DNA of 64,000 nucleotides from Candidatus Woesebacteria bacterium (GCA_963716475.1 OY970314.1:74479-138478), one strand, 5' to 3'. Numbered from the stretch's first letter, positions 26,401 through 34,926 are shown. Notes: generated by a model not told the origin, from the letters alone. Made by a program: numbers and translations.

Positions 26401-29400
26401 CGCTAATGTAGACGGAGGAAATCTGACGACAACTTCTACCGGGTCAGTTACCTGTTCAGGTTGTACGACTGGCGGTTTAACAATTTCAGGAGTCGGAACA
26501 ACAAATGGTATAGGCGGGGGAGGTGGAGCTATAACTTTATACAACCTGACACTTGACGGATCAACCAATACCACAACAGTCGGGTCAAGCGCCATTACGG
26601 TAACCAATGATGTAACAATAGGTACGGGAAGAACCCTGTCAGGAGCCGCATCAGGAACAATCTATGTGGGACACAACTGGGCCAACAGCGGCACTTACAA
26701 TGCCAACTCGGGAACTATTAATTTAAATGCAGCAGCCGATACTGTTCAACAGATAACAGGTGCGACCACATTTTATAATTTATATGTAGCTACTGGAGAT
26801 AGGATTATTAAATTTGGTTCATCAACCGCTTTTACCATTGATACCGGAGGAACCTTTACGGCAACAGGGGATTCCTGTTCGGCACTTGTGGTAATCCGTT
26901 CAACCACTTCCGGGAGTGCCGCAACAATTACCAAGACAGGTTCCGTTTCCTTCTCATATATAGATATACAGGATATCAACTTTTCGGCTTCTGCCTCGGC
27001 TTCTAATTCAGTCGATTCCGGAAACAACAGTAGTATCGTCATTGCAGCCAATAGCTGTCTTGGTGCATCAACCAATAACCAAGCCGCAACAGGTCATTCA
27101 TTCCAGAGAAAAGTATTCTATGATTCCGGGAATAATGTCTACTGGGGTTTCTACCATGACGGAACCCAGATCGAAGTCAGGTATTCATCAAATAGTGGCT
27201 CTACTTGGAATGTAGAAAATGACCATCTGGTACAAAATACCAACGACTTTTCCGTCTGGGACCAGACAATCTCCTCCTACTACGTCTTTTTGGCAGCCAA
27301 AAGCAGCGACAGTATTGTCTTAAGAAGAGGAACAATAACTTCAGGTGCAATCTCATGGGACAGTGAAACAACTCCGGTTACAGCCTTTACGGGGACGGGT
27401 TCAGGCGATTCTTATTCCTATCCCTATATCTCTGCCGATTCATCCGGTAATCTCTGGGTGGGAGCCAGATATTTTAACGGATCAAGTTATGTCTACAAAG
27501 CAGTCAAAAGTAACAATGCAGGAAGTGCTACCTGGACAAACGCTGCTTTTACCTGGGGAGATCCTTCTCAAATCTCTAATGATCAAGCCGACCCTAACGT
27601 TTTTGGCAATGTAGTATCCATAGGCTCGCTGAATATGTACGCAACATTCGTAGTAGGTACAACTATCAAAGGCTGTAAATACACCAATTCTCCTCCTGCC
27701 TGGAAGAATTCAGCAGGGACAGATTCATGCGTAACAACCGAGGGTAGTGGCGGCGGGGAGTCAACATATTTTGATAGCTTAAGTACCGGGTTAGTTGCGT
27801 ACTGGAAAATGAATGAAACTTCCTGGACAGGAGCGAGTAACGAGGTGGTTGATTCATCAGGCAACGGTAACAATGGAACTCGTGTAGGCGATGCAACAAC
27901 AACGGCTGCAGGGTTTTATAGGTCAGGAACGTTCGATGGGACGGGAGATAGGGTTTCTGTTCCTGACAAGACAGACTGGACATTATCGTCCGGAATAGAT
28001 CTGACATATTCAACCTGGATTAATTATACCGTATTGCCGGGGAGCACCAATTGGCCTGGTATTGTTGAAGGAGGTGATGATATGTATGGTTTCCAAATGA
28101 ATGGGCCCACTACCGGGAATATAGTTGTAGATTGGTGGGACGGTACTGTTGACCATACATCATCTTCGCAGGCTGTATCTGTCGGTACCTGGTATCATGT
28201 CGTGATAACTTTAGATTTTGGTGTAACTAATGGTTCCCATTGGTATTTTAACGGTAGAGACCTTGGAACTTTTACCGCACAAGATCGCAGTGTAAATCCT
28301 GATGCACTATATATCGGAGGTAGTGTTACCAATCCCGTTTCAAACAACGCTGTTAATGGAAAGATTGACGATCTGAGAATTTATAACAGGCTACTCTCTG
28401 GTGAAGAGGTTGCCAAACTTTATCAATATGCCCCGGATAGAGTCAATATCGACGATGCCAGTGATTTTAATGCTCCGTCCGGTAGACAAGTTGTTAGAGC
28501 GAAAAACGGGGATTTGTATACTTTTGTCAATGATGCGGGGACATGTGGGGTATGGAAGTCAACTGATGGAGCAAGTTGGTCAGAACAGGATAGTACTCAT
28601 CATAAAACTTGTATGAGTTATTCGGGGGTATCAATAGCGATTGATTCAACTGATAAGTTACATCTTTTATACGCTTCAGGATCCAACACCTTACAATATG
28701 ACACGTTTACTGCCGGGGCTTTTTCTATTCTTAATGAAAATATTTATAATGATGTTGGTGGCAATGGGCTAGGGGGTTTTGATATTGCTGTTGATGCAAA
28801 TAATATTCCCCACGTAGTCTATGTATACATAGACACGTTTACCGATAATCAACTTGGTTACGATAACCGTGTAGGTGGCGCTTGGAATGGTTCAGATGCT
28901 AACCCCGATACTGATAGTGTCGGATTGCTGTCTCCAACAATAGAGATTAATGAAACTGGGTATCCGGAAGTCTCATATATAAAGGCTAGTACTGGGGTTT
29001 TAGTGGCTAAGGCGGGAAACGGAAATGACCCCAATTTATGGGCAGGTTATAGTATAGATACGAGCGTTAATGTTACTGGCGGTCAGGGGGGTGCTTCAAT
29101 TGCAGTAGACACCTTGACCGGTAATACGTGGATAGCGTATGTCGACGGGGATAACGATATTTCTTTGGCAAAATATTCAGGGACGGATTATTCCGGATGG
29201 GAGACAGCCGGTAACTGGGCCACCGTGACCAGTAAAAGCGACGATGGGTACGACCCGTCAATTGCCATTACCGGACCTTCCGATATTTATGTTTTTTATC
29301 AGGATGATGGGGTGGCGGATAACGGAACTAATAAAAGGATCTCTTACGATATATATGATTCGATAGGAGAAGATTGGGCCGGGGAAGTTCCCCTACAAAC

Positions 29401-31612
29401 TCCAAGTTCAGGAGATTTTAAAACTGTTAAAGCCAAGTGGAGTTTTGAATGGAATAATTATGGTGCAAACAGGATTGATTATCTTTTCTCCGACGGAACC
29501 GATGTCTTCTGGAGCTATCTATACCTCCGCCGTCAGCCGACCAATATAGATGACGCCTCAAATATGGGAGCTCTTCCGGGAGAAGGCAGGCAGGTGGTGA
29601 GAACGTCAAGCGGGTATCTTTACTCTTTTATTGCCGGGAAAATGTGGAAATCAACCGATGGTGGAGCGACCTGGGCTCAAAAAGGTGCGAGTAAATCAGG
29701 CATTTTTAACACTCTAGCAGTGGGGTCGGATGATACATTACATGTCACCTTTGGGACGAGTACTACAGGTATTTTTTATGATACTTTTTCTACGTCTTCT
29801 GAAGCTTTTGCGGGATTAAATCAATCGATACATGCTTATACTGCAGGAGAGTCTATTGAAGATAGTGTGTCGATGGCATTGGATTCGAATGATATACCGC
29901 ATGTAGTTTATATTTATAACAATTCAGGCGCCACGGATACTTTTTTGATTTATGACAGCAAAGTCGGGGGTTCATGGCATACTCACTACTTGGTTTTGGA
30001 AGATAACGCGACGGGAGGCACAACCGATATTTTTAGCCCCGAAATAACGATTAATGAATCTGATTATCCTGAGGTTGTTGAATATAATGCCATGACCGGA
30101 ACGGTTCGAGGCAAGGCGGCAAATGCCAATGCTGCGACGGCGTTTGCGACCTATGTTATAGATGACAGTGTTGTAGGAACGCCGACTATCGGTATTGATT
30201 CGTCAGGAAATACCTGGGTGGCCTACGCAGACTCGGGAGATAAAATATCACTTGCAAAATACTCGGGCACTGATTTCACAGGCTGGTATACCTCGGGAAA
30301 CTGGGCTGTGAATACAAGTAAAACTCAAAAAGGATATAAACCTTCGATCGTAGTTGACGGAACTAATATTCGTGTTTTATATCAGGACGACCAAAACGAT
30401 ATTGTTTATGACACGTTTAACGGAACAAGTTGGAGCGGGGAGACTCTTCTGGAGGAACATGCAGCCCTGCAGGATGTTAAAGCCAGAGGGAGCTTTCTGA
30501 ATAATTATGATTCAACCGGGGTAGCACAGTTGAAATATAATACCTATTATTTTAATACTTACGATGGCGAACTTGGTGATCCGAATGGCGTATGGGGTAA
30601 TGATGCAAGCGCCTTTGATGGAAATACCGGTACCTCTGCCACTTCCGGCGTAAATGGGTCAACATCAAGTAATTATTTAATGGGTACAGGAACCAGTGCG
30701 CCGGCAAGCGGAGAAACGATCAGTAGTGTTCAGGTAAGATTTTATGGTGGTCAAGTTGTTGATTCTAATACAACGGTATATGCGACAGTTTCTTCTGGCG
30801 GAACAGAAATTGGAACAGCTACTATTTTTAAACTCAATGATCCCGCCTGGAGTGGTTTTGTTACTCTTTCTGCGCCCGGGGGAAGCTGGGACTGGTCTGA
30901 GGTGCAGGGATTAAATGTAAAATTATATGCCACAGGCATAGTGACTGGCTCTGTAGCGGTAAGGAAAGTGGAGATACAGGTCAAATCGACAAGTACAACT
31001 TCTCAGGCAGAAGTTGATTATGTGTATTCTGATGGCACGGATGTGTTTTACAACCGCCTGCTTTTAGGCGGTACCAGCTCAATTTCGGGAACCCAGGATC
31101 CGATTGACGACTTGATCCCCGCTGATATATCTAAAAATATCTCAACAGTTGCCGACGGGAGCGGGAATGTCCACATACTTTATATCAAGGACTCCGCTAC
31201 GGATTATGTAGCTTACAAGAAGTGGAACGGGACAAGCTGGGATGTAAGCCCGACGAGTATTGAATCAAACGCCAACGCAGCCTATCTGACACTATCCCGT
31301 GCCTCGGATACGGGAGATCTCTATGCCCTTTGGATTGACACATCCGCCAATACAATCAGAAAAAGTATATTTACCTCAAGCTGGTCCGGTCCTACCGCCT
31401 GGCAGAATCCGGGTGTAACAATCACAAACCTTTCCTCTTCGTATTCTGCATCCGCAGTATTTTCTGAGTGGACAATCGGAGCCCTTGCTCCTTTTGAAAT
31501 AAATGCTGGCGTGCTTAAAGTTCCAGAATATCTGCTTTTATTCCTACCCCTTGCACCGCTTTTGCCGTTTTTATCAAGAGTTAAGAAGAAAAGGGGAGCT
31601 CTGATTAGGTAG
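20474..31612 (+). CDS. Giant gene 2: tandem HTH - processive GT2 synthase - ~2800-aa multidomain ectodomain - VPE-CTERM protein
   Basis: I chose ATG 20474 ('MPFSEAKREKIVLSVL', parallel to gene 1 'MPTKEKISAVKKVL') over ORF-track TTG 20438, which is the -35 box. It has the same chassis motifs as gene 1, including a 66-aa identical run. The ectodomain carries Ig-like modules, HxH collar-like modules, Gly/Thr-rich beta-helix-like repeats, a LamG domain and duplicated Asp-box units. It ends 'VPEYLLLFLPLAPLLPFLSRVKKKRG'. Confidence 0.85.
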   Translation: MPFSEAKREKIVLSVLKDNIAVSEVSRNYSVARKTIYSWIKRYKKGSLAPLYTKGRKHPAAVYPKAYSYISRWAVGHPKWGCRTLSKRLNEKGISLSYVQVNRLLNTIGAETYDRRLNYARNFAGPGRTREDVRLEIVKKAVTGKISITTLSENYKVARKTIYKWIAKYRAIGNIKDSYVVGEAHPKAIYPKITQQVLDLVVTNPGYSVRTLAKSFPASSWTIWSILNRNNLNTYNLRLEYSRNISEAAEEKVSTTGVSERIRSVFESFTPNLAPAPPPGKRKIFNFFIISVFLLSISLAIFYWGSVIVHAPNIAGSIGMIFAGVSLSLGMFFFLYSLKYYISTAIVLSYSQKEGLDASRVSATGLNSDLSNIHLERHPYVSVHLALYNEKNVVERLMKAATSFDYDNYEVIIADDSTDETTDKIREFLKTFLPKGESLRQTKGDGWAMTEVDIRSGVVFKHVHRTTRMGYKGGALKLALSLTDPKAEFVSVFDADFVPYPDSLMLFLKYFKLQNNGSEDYKTSNTASVQGYQWHVLNKSENWITRGVRSEYAGSYVIERAGTEIYKGLKQISGSVYMIRRDVLEGIGWGTSITEDFELTLKLYEKGYKVVYTPYIQAPAECVSTLRRLVRQRMRWAEGHSFNVKKMFAKLMFSPKLSSAEKFETVYLAPYYLQALFFLIGTLSWFISETILPARLPFWTELWGWSLVLTNMISLPLLNTVGLFLEESDRKDYSGIPSFIALSYIVVPFQAYAAVKGFLEKEEGPWFRTPKTGRITDVFKRGKFYKFISGILPGKAAGSATSYDLSPYLALTSANNRFSSFSIQTRKGRRWVGKLMLTSMLIISNLLLSFSPYIESRDGNSQPPPGTGILMDGSTKGSGGKVNLTPEQQQSLDKSIKANNQKTSFKLVSDVSAAEISGGSEVNTSFDVKKKDLELSGGNTTFTTDENPQFTLKQNDGFWEFIKNIFIKEKPLKDQVVVTVLDLKGKEVGSPQVVEGGIDDLSINLDKTTLTPGGYTLEIKSGSSPVITQDFSWGVLAINTNKSVYSPGEDASISMGVLNEVGETLCSAGLTLDITDTAGTVTALTTKEGTIKVSDECSLKGFSLKPDYEAAYKTTVAGKYSMVLTAETLNGKYVIKGWFEAKDSVDFDVETITASRINPVYEYPVIFIVKAGKDYNGIVEEKVPAGFEISKLNDLKLNNYLDSKGESTASGKLQETLVNDGSQEAGQKTLRWIVDWKKDQTYVLAYAFKAPMVSPEFYLLGPLWIGAYEGAGGWQIAADKVPAGIIVGWPSTVASIPNHWSRVSGAALDGYFLRSVTATDPSGTPGGNASHTHSPASHTHSVPVHTHTVPAFAQSTNTSATTGNSTGSARDTHTHAAFSSGNSNVTVNNAQTVPFAGLSNDPDNSTVIWIQSDGDPSTEIPVGSYVYFDSNTMPGANWGRVKGNYFLKGAATGLGGGTDTVTGSATHTHAASADHTHTEAAHTHSGSSAGGSLAVSSTGTGSYSPSGHTHTVTSSSVAATEGGASVTPTVGVAAPSGEPPWYKLNIISKSTGANETPLNVIAMWTGTLATIPDGWVICDGTNGTPNLGTNFIKGANADGELNTTGGSLTHTHGAGNTHTHTINAHVHTWTVGAASGTGVGLTGNGRSAVVSTHTHTLSAAQTSSGGGSTGTATITADSQSNLPLYKEVAYIMYIGKTVAGKAYSDEATSIWAGCDNSTARISLVVNGGTASTTSCSSSDGSFSFKNVTHATDNPISVFFNTAGSNADKGVAVTIANDATTPITLNPRKNIVWMRSEKATPTITNSNLAHCYASTPASCANVPYSASGANITLTTGVELHVESSMTYDPGGTTATTGTGSLHVDDNAVAYLDTTGNTIANNILVDAGATIHIDASTAVNGGNITVTGNGIVSSAAGTVTMGASGTIGGGSTGSTFQLTDLVVSSGTTTLGTDADNILDFTGDINVSAGAVLAMNNKTANVDGGNLTTTSTGSVTCSGCTTGGLTISGVGTTNGIGGGGGAITLYNLTLDGSTNTTTVGSSAITVTNDVTIGTGRTLSGAASGTIYVGHNWANSGTYNANSGTINLNAAADTVQQITGATTFYNLYVATGDRIIKFGSSTAFTIDTGGTFTATGDSCSALVVIRSTTSGSAATITKTGSVSFSYIDIQDINFSASASASNSVDSGNNSSIVIAANSCLGASTNNQAATGHSFQRKVFYDSGNNVYWGFYHDGTQIEVRYSSNSGSTWNVENDHLVQNTNDFSVWDQTISSYYVFLAAKSSDSIVLRRGTITSGAISWDSETTPVTAFTGTGSGDSYSYPYISADSSGNLWVGARYFNGSSYVYKAVKSNNAGSATWTNAAFTWGDPSQISNDQADPNVFGNVVSIGSLNMYATFVVGTTIKGCKYTNSPPAWKNSAGTDSCVTTEGSGGGESTYFDSLSTGLVAYWKMNETSWTGASNEVVDSSGNGNNGTRVGDATTTAAGFYRSGTFDGTGDRVSVPDKTDWTLSSGIDLTYSTWINYTVLPGSTNWPGIVEGGDDMYGFQMNGPTTGNIVVDWWDGTVDHTSSSQAVSVGTWYHVVITLDFGVTNGSHWYFNGRDLGTFTAQDRSVNPDALYIGGSVTNPVSNNAVNGKIDDLRIYNRLLSGEEVAKLYQYAPDRVNIDDASDFNAPSGRQVVRAKNGDLYTFVNDAGTCGVWKSTDGASWSEQDSTHHKTCMSYSGVSIAIDSTDKLHLLYASGSNTLQYDTFTAGAFSILNENIYNDVGGNGLGGFDIAVDANNIPHVVYVYIDTFTDNQLGYDNRVGGAWNGSDANPDTDSVGLLSPTIEINETGYPEVSYIKASTGVLVAKAGNGNDPNLWAGYSIDTSVNVTGGQGGASIAVDTLTGNTWIAYVDGDNDISLAKYSGTDYSGWETAGNWATVTSKSDDGYDPSIAITGPSDIYVFYQDDGVADNGTNKRISYDIYDSIGEDWAGEVPLQTPSSGDFKTVKAKWSFEWNNYGANRIDYLFSDGTDVFWSYLYLRRQPTNIDDASNMGALPGEGRQVVRTSSGYLYSFIAGKMWKSTDGGATWAQKGASKSGIFNTLAVGSDDTLHVTFGTSTTGIFYDTFSTSSEAFAGLNQSIHAYTAGESIEDSVSMALDSNDIPHVVYIYNNSGATDTFLIYDSKVGGSWHTHYLVLEDNATGGTTDIFSPEITINESDYPEVVEYNAMTGTVRGKAANANAATAFATYVIDDSVVGTPTIGIDSSGNTWVAYADSGDKISLAKYSGTDFTGWYTSGNWAVNTSKTQKGYKPSIVVDGTNIRVLYQDDQNDIVYDTFNGTSWSGETLLEEHAALQDVKARGSFLNNYDSTGVAQLKYNTYYFNTYDGELGDPNGVWGNDASAFDGNTGTSATSGVNGSTSSNYLMGTGTSAPASGETISSVQVRFYGGQVVDSNTTVYATVSSGGTEIGTATIFKLNDPAWSGFVTLSAPGGSWDWSEVQGLNVKLYATGIVTGSVAVRKVEIQVKSTSTTSQAEVDYVYSDGTDVFYNRLLLGGTSSISGTQDPIDDLIPADISKNISTVADGSGNVHILYIKDSATDYVAYKKWNGTSWDVSPTSIESNANAAYLTLSRASDTGDLYALWIDTSANTIRKSIFTSSWSGPTAWQNPGVTITNLSSSYSASAVFSEWTIGALAPFEINAGVLKVPEYLLLFLPLAPLLPFLSRVKKKRGALIR
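24319..25560 (+). repeat. Three phage tail-collar-like modules with 12 H-x-H triplets (protein-level repeat)
   Basis: Examples: 'IAMWTGTLATIPDGWVICDGTNGTPNLGTNFIKGA...GGSLTHTHGAGNTHTHTINAHVHT' and 'SHTHSPASHTHSVPVHTHT'. The region terminates with 'NLPLYKEVAYIMYIG'. Confidence 0.7.
27787..28430 (+). other. LamG-like (concanavalin-A-like lectin/glucanase) jelly-roll domain inside giant gene 2
   Basis: 'LVAYWKMNETSW...VVDSSGNGNNGT...GTFDGTGDRVSVPD...TWYHVVIT...GKIDDLRIYNRLLSGEEVAKLY' is the canonical Laminin_G_3 pattern. Confidence 0.8.
28442..31075 (+). repeat. Intragenic tandem duplication of a ~360-aa Asp-box/beta-propeller-like unit, second copy with ~155-aa insertion
   Basis: Unit A runs 28442-29530 ('VNIDDASDFNAPSGRQVVRAKNGDLY...VWKSTDGASWSEQ...DYLFSDGTDVFWSYLYL'). 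Unit B runs 29540-31075 ('TNIDDASNMGALPGEGRQVVRTSSGYLY...MWKSTDGGATWAQ...DYVYSDGTDVFYNRLLL'). The insertion is at about 30544-31010. Confidence 0.7.
31520..31609 (+). other. C-terminal tripartite sorting-signal-like region (VPEY / Pro-rich hydrophobic / RVKKKR)
   Basis: 'VPEYLLLFLPLAPLLPFLSRVKKKRGALIR' at the extreme C-terminus of giant gene 2. Confidence 0.65.
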
Positions 31613-31624
31613 TACAATGACATA

Positions 31625-33550
31625 ATGAAAAGAAAATTTAATTTAAATGTTATCGGTAAGATATTTCTTTTGGCTTCGTTTCTAATACCTTTTGTTATTT
31701 ACCTTAAGACGCTTTGCCCGACGCTTTCCTCCTATGCTGATGCGGGAGAGTTCCCGACCTTTGCTTATATAAGCGGTTTTGCCCATCCTCCTGGGTACCC
31801 CCTGTATATTCTGATACTCAAGTTGTTCCTTTTATTGCCGGTCGCGGGGAGTGTTGCCATGAAAGCCAATTTGGCATCGGCATTTATCTCCGCGGCTTGC
31901 GTCGCCCTTACCTATCTTTGGCTGAGAAGACTAAAATTGGAAGAGGGCGTTGCCTTCACAACCTCGCAAATACTGGCCTTTACACCGATTTTTTGGAGAA
32001 ACGCGTTGATTTCCGAGGTCTTCGGTCTTCTGACGTTATTTATTGTTTTAACCAATTACATGTATCTAAGATGGACCGAGACGGGGGAGAAGAGGGACTT
32101 TTATCTTTTTCTTTTCTTTTGCGGTCTTGGCCTTTCCCATCACCAGCTTTTGATGATAGCTCTTGTTCCGCTTTTAGTGCATTTCATTATTACCAAGAAA
32201 TGGAAATTGATTAATTATAAAAATGTAATAATCGGAATAGCTCTGTTTTTGATTGGGTTCTTACCGTATTTATATATATTGTTATATTCTGCACCGCGTT
32301 GGCCTCTAATGAACTGGAACAACCCCAGCAGTTTGGTAGGTCTTAAGGAATTGATCACCCGTTCGACTTATGGCACTTTTACACTGACGAATCAGTATCA
32401 GGCGTCCGATTTAAAGGTACAGGCCTGGGGGATATTAAAGTTGATTTATAGTAATTATTCGCTTTTTGGAATCGTACTTTTTCCTTTCGGATTAATTTAC
32501 CTCCTTCTAAAAAAGAAGTGGGGCATGACCGCAACCAGCCTCTTTGTAATAATTGCTATTTTTCTTTTCTCCCTCTATTCGGGTATGCCGGTTTTGCAGA
32601 ACAGCCAAATACAATATCTGGAGCGTTTTCAACTTGCAAGCACGGCCTTTATGATTCTTATCATTGCCTTTGGAATTTCCTTTTTCAGGGACCTTGTTTT
32701 TTCCATTAAGCCTCTGAGAGTTCCGGTGCTAATTTTGTTCATGCTGATTCCGGCCGGCCTTGTCTATACAAATTACGCAAAAGTGGATCAAAGTAAAAAT
32801 TACTTTGCAGATAACCTTGCGGATGATATTTTTGCTTCCATCCCTAAAGACAGCATTTTTTTGATGGAGGGGGACAATGTCATTAATGATGTTTTTTATA
32901 ACCGCTACGTTTTGGGACAAAGGAAAGACATCATTTTTATCATAGGCGGACTTATGGACGCCCAGAGTCCCTGGTACCTACAGGAACTGAGGCGTTTTTA
33001 TCCGGACCTGGTTCTGCCTGAAGTTACCGACGACAGAACAGACTACTTAGACGCTTTCCTGGCAGAAAATTCGATAAAAAGGCAAATAATCTTGTATTTA
33101 CCCTCGCTTGAAAACGATTTGGGAATATACATCAATAAAGTAAATAGGGGAATTGTCTGGAAATTTGTCAGGGAGGATGAAGAAGTTTATCTGGGTGATG
33201 TTCAGGATGAAATCCTTGCGCTCACCGGTAGCTACAAAAACCTGAAAGGGAGATTAAATTATACGCTCGATTCTCCCGAATACGCTTTATTGAACCTTTA
33301 TACCCAACCTTATATTTATCTGGCTCAGATGAACGATGACGATCCTGTCTTATCAGAAGAGTACTATAAAAAGGCATTGGCAATTACGCCGGATAATTAT
33401 CAGGCTTTGACCGAGATGGGTGATGACTACTTGATGTATGGGGAGTATGAGAAAGCGGTCGCAAGCTGGAAGCAAGCTCTGAATTATATTTACGATAGTG
33501 ATTTGAGGGATGAAGTTTTGGCAAAAATAGACGAATACCAAAACCAGTAA
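31625..33550 (+). CDS. DUF2723 (TMEM260-like) GT-C membrane glycosyltransferase with C-terminal TPR repeats
   Basis: 641 aa. It has the N-terminal signature 'DAGEFPTFAYISGFAHPPGYPLY', about 10 hydrophobic segments and TPR-like 'EEYYKKALAITPDNYQALTEMGDDYLMYGEYEKAVASWKQAL'. It starts 12 nt after the giant gene 2 stop. Confidence 0.7.
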   Translation: MKRKFNLNVIGKIFLLASFLIPFVIYLKTLCPTLSSYADAGEFPTFAYISGFAHPPGYPLYILILKLFLLLPVAGSVAMKANLASAFISAACVALTYLWLRRLKLEEGVAFTTSQILAFTPIFWRNALISEVFGLLTLFIVLTNYMYLRWTETGEKRDFYLFLFFCGLGLSHHQLLMIALVPLLVHFIITKKWKLINYKNVIIGIALFLIGFLPYLYILLYSAPRWPLMNWNNPSSLVGLKELITRSTYGTFTLTNQYQASDLKVQAWGILKLIYSNYSLFGIVLFPFGLIYLLLKKKWGMTATSLFVIIAIFLFSLYSGMPVLQNSQIQYLERFQLASTAFMILIIAFGISFFRDLVFSIKPLRVPVLILFMLIPAGLVYTNYAKVDQSKNYFADNLADDIFASIPKDSIFLMEGDNVINDVFYNRYVLGQRKDIIFIIGGLMDAQSPWYLQELRRFYPDLVLPEVTDDRTDYLDAFLAENSIKRQIILYLPSLENDLGIYINKVNRGIVWKFVREDEEVYLGDVQDEILALTGSYKNLKGRLNYTLDSPEYALLNLYTQPYIYLAQMNDDDPVLSEEYYKKALAITPDNYQALTEMGDDYLMYGEYEKAVASWKQALNYIYDSDLRDEVLAKIDEYQNQ

Positions 33551-33554
33551 GAAA

Positions 33555-34127
33555 ATGAATCAAAAAGCGCTTTTTAAACAAATACTGGCAACCCTTGTAA
33601 TTATATTGGCAGTTTTACCTGTGATTGTGACTTTTTCGGCAGTTTTGACTTCATTTTTCGAAAAAATTAAGCTTTATGTGTGGCTTCAGGATCTGGCTGT
33701 TCCTTTTGAAAGCAGACTGGTTGCGGTTCTAATCCAACTCTTTGGAATCAAAGGAATTATAACCCCCGGCAGCAGTTTTGCCATGGTTTTGCGGACATCC
33801 TCGGGGACTTTTACCCCGGTTGCATTGGAATGGAACTGTTTGGGCTGGCAAAGCCTGATTCTATTGGGTCTTACCCTAATAACAGGCCTCAGGGGAGCTT
33901 ACACGGGTTTAAGTAAAGCCCAGGTTGTTCTTTTCGGAATACTCGGAACTTTTTTATCAAATCTATTCAGGATGGCTTTTATTGTCATTCTGGCTTTTTA
34001 TTGGAATTCATTTGCAGCTATGATTATCCATGATTATTTTGCCAGTTTTGTCGCTATCATCTGGATGTTATTTTTCTGGTGGTTCTCCTACAGGTATATT
34101 TTGGAGGAAAAACCTGCGGGAAACTAA
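33555..34127 (+). CDS. Miniature exosortase/archaeosortase-like polytopic protein (cassette 2)
   Basis: 190 aa with 'EWNCLGWQS', 'SNLFRMAF', 'IIHDYFA' and the tail 'FWWFSYRYILEEK' shared with cassette 3. It starts 4 nt after the upstream stop. Confidence 0.62.
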   Translation: MNQKALFKQILATLVIILAVLPVIVTFSAVLTSFFEKIKLYVWLQDLAVPFESRLVAVLIQLFGIKGIITPGSSFAMVLRTSSGTFTPVALEWNCLGWQSLILLGLTLITGLRGAYTGLSKAQVVLFGILGTFLSNLFRMAFIVILAFYWNSFAAMIIHDYFASFVAIIWMLFFWWFSYRYILEEKPAGN

Positions 34128-34435
34128 ACCAATTTTTGCAATTTGAAATCGGGGAAGAGACGCTTTTTAATCAGGATGTCGCTTTCCTCGCCTATTTTAA
34201 TCGCTTCCAGTAAATTCTTCACCCCAGCCAAATTGATGCCCTTATTTTGCGTTAGGTAGCGTACAAATTGGAGTTTATTGATATCCTCAATGGAGAATAG
34301 TCTTCTTTTGGACTCGGATCGGTAGGGAGTAATGAGCCCGAGACTTTCGTAAAGCATAATTGTCCGTGGATGAACTTTCAAAAGTCTCGCAGCTATGGAT
34401 ATAGGCAGAATTGGACTCTCACTAAGCTCAGTCAT
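34124..34435 (-). CDS. MerR-family transcriptional regulator
   Basis: 103 aa. 'LPISIAARLLKVHPRTIMLYESLGLITPYRSESKRRLFSIEDINKLQFV' is a MerR/HspR-type HTH plus wing. It is divergent from giant gene 3. Confidence 0.75.
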   Translation of the reverse strand: MTELSESPILPISIAARLLKVHPRTIMLYESLGLITPYRSESKRRLFSIEDINKLQFVRYLTQNKGINLAGVKNLLEAIKIGEESDILIKKRLFPDFKLQKLV

Positions 34436-34926
34436 ATTAATATGATAATAATTAAGTATATTAACCTGAAGATAATACTGTCAAGAGGAAAAAGAAATAA
34501 AATCTATTGTCGATTTTTTATTATAGCCAATACGTTCGATAATTTGATAGGATTAGGGTTCTAATAAAGTATTTACTCAATCGTGAAAAGCTATCAAAGA
34601 AAATAGCAACAACCCTTATAGAACATAATAATACCTATATATATGTATCCTGATCAATATTTTTCAATAATTACCATAAACATATAGGAGAATAACAGAT
34701 GCCGGACGGGCAGAAAGGTTAACATTTGAGGCTGATTTCGGAGTAATAAAATGACTCATATAGCCAGTTCTCTTATAACCAATCGTTATATTTCGAGATA
34801 TTAGTTTAGAAATATCTATATCCTCTAGTAACATAGCTATATTTGAATTGGAAAATATGAGATTTAAACCGTTATTATCAACAGTATTTTAACCCATAGC
34901 CTCTTAAATGAGGATACTATTGACCA

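Noticed and set aside
26140-26607. Long antisense ORFs inside the giant genes (26140-26607 minus, 23395-23772 minus, 39843-40304 minus, 24979-25305 minus, and others).
   Set aside because: They lie fully within strongly supported sense ORFs and have Pro/Val/Ser-rich compositions mirroring the Gly/Thr-rich sense codons. They carry no motifs and are shadow ORFs.
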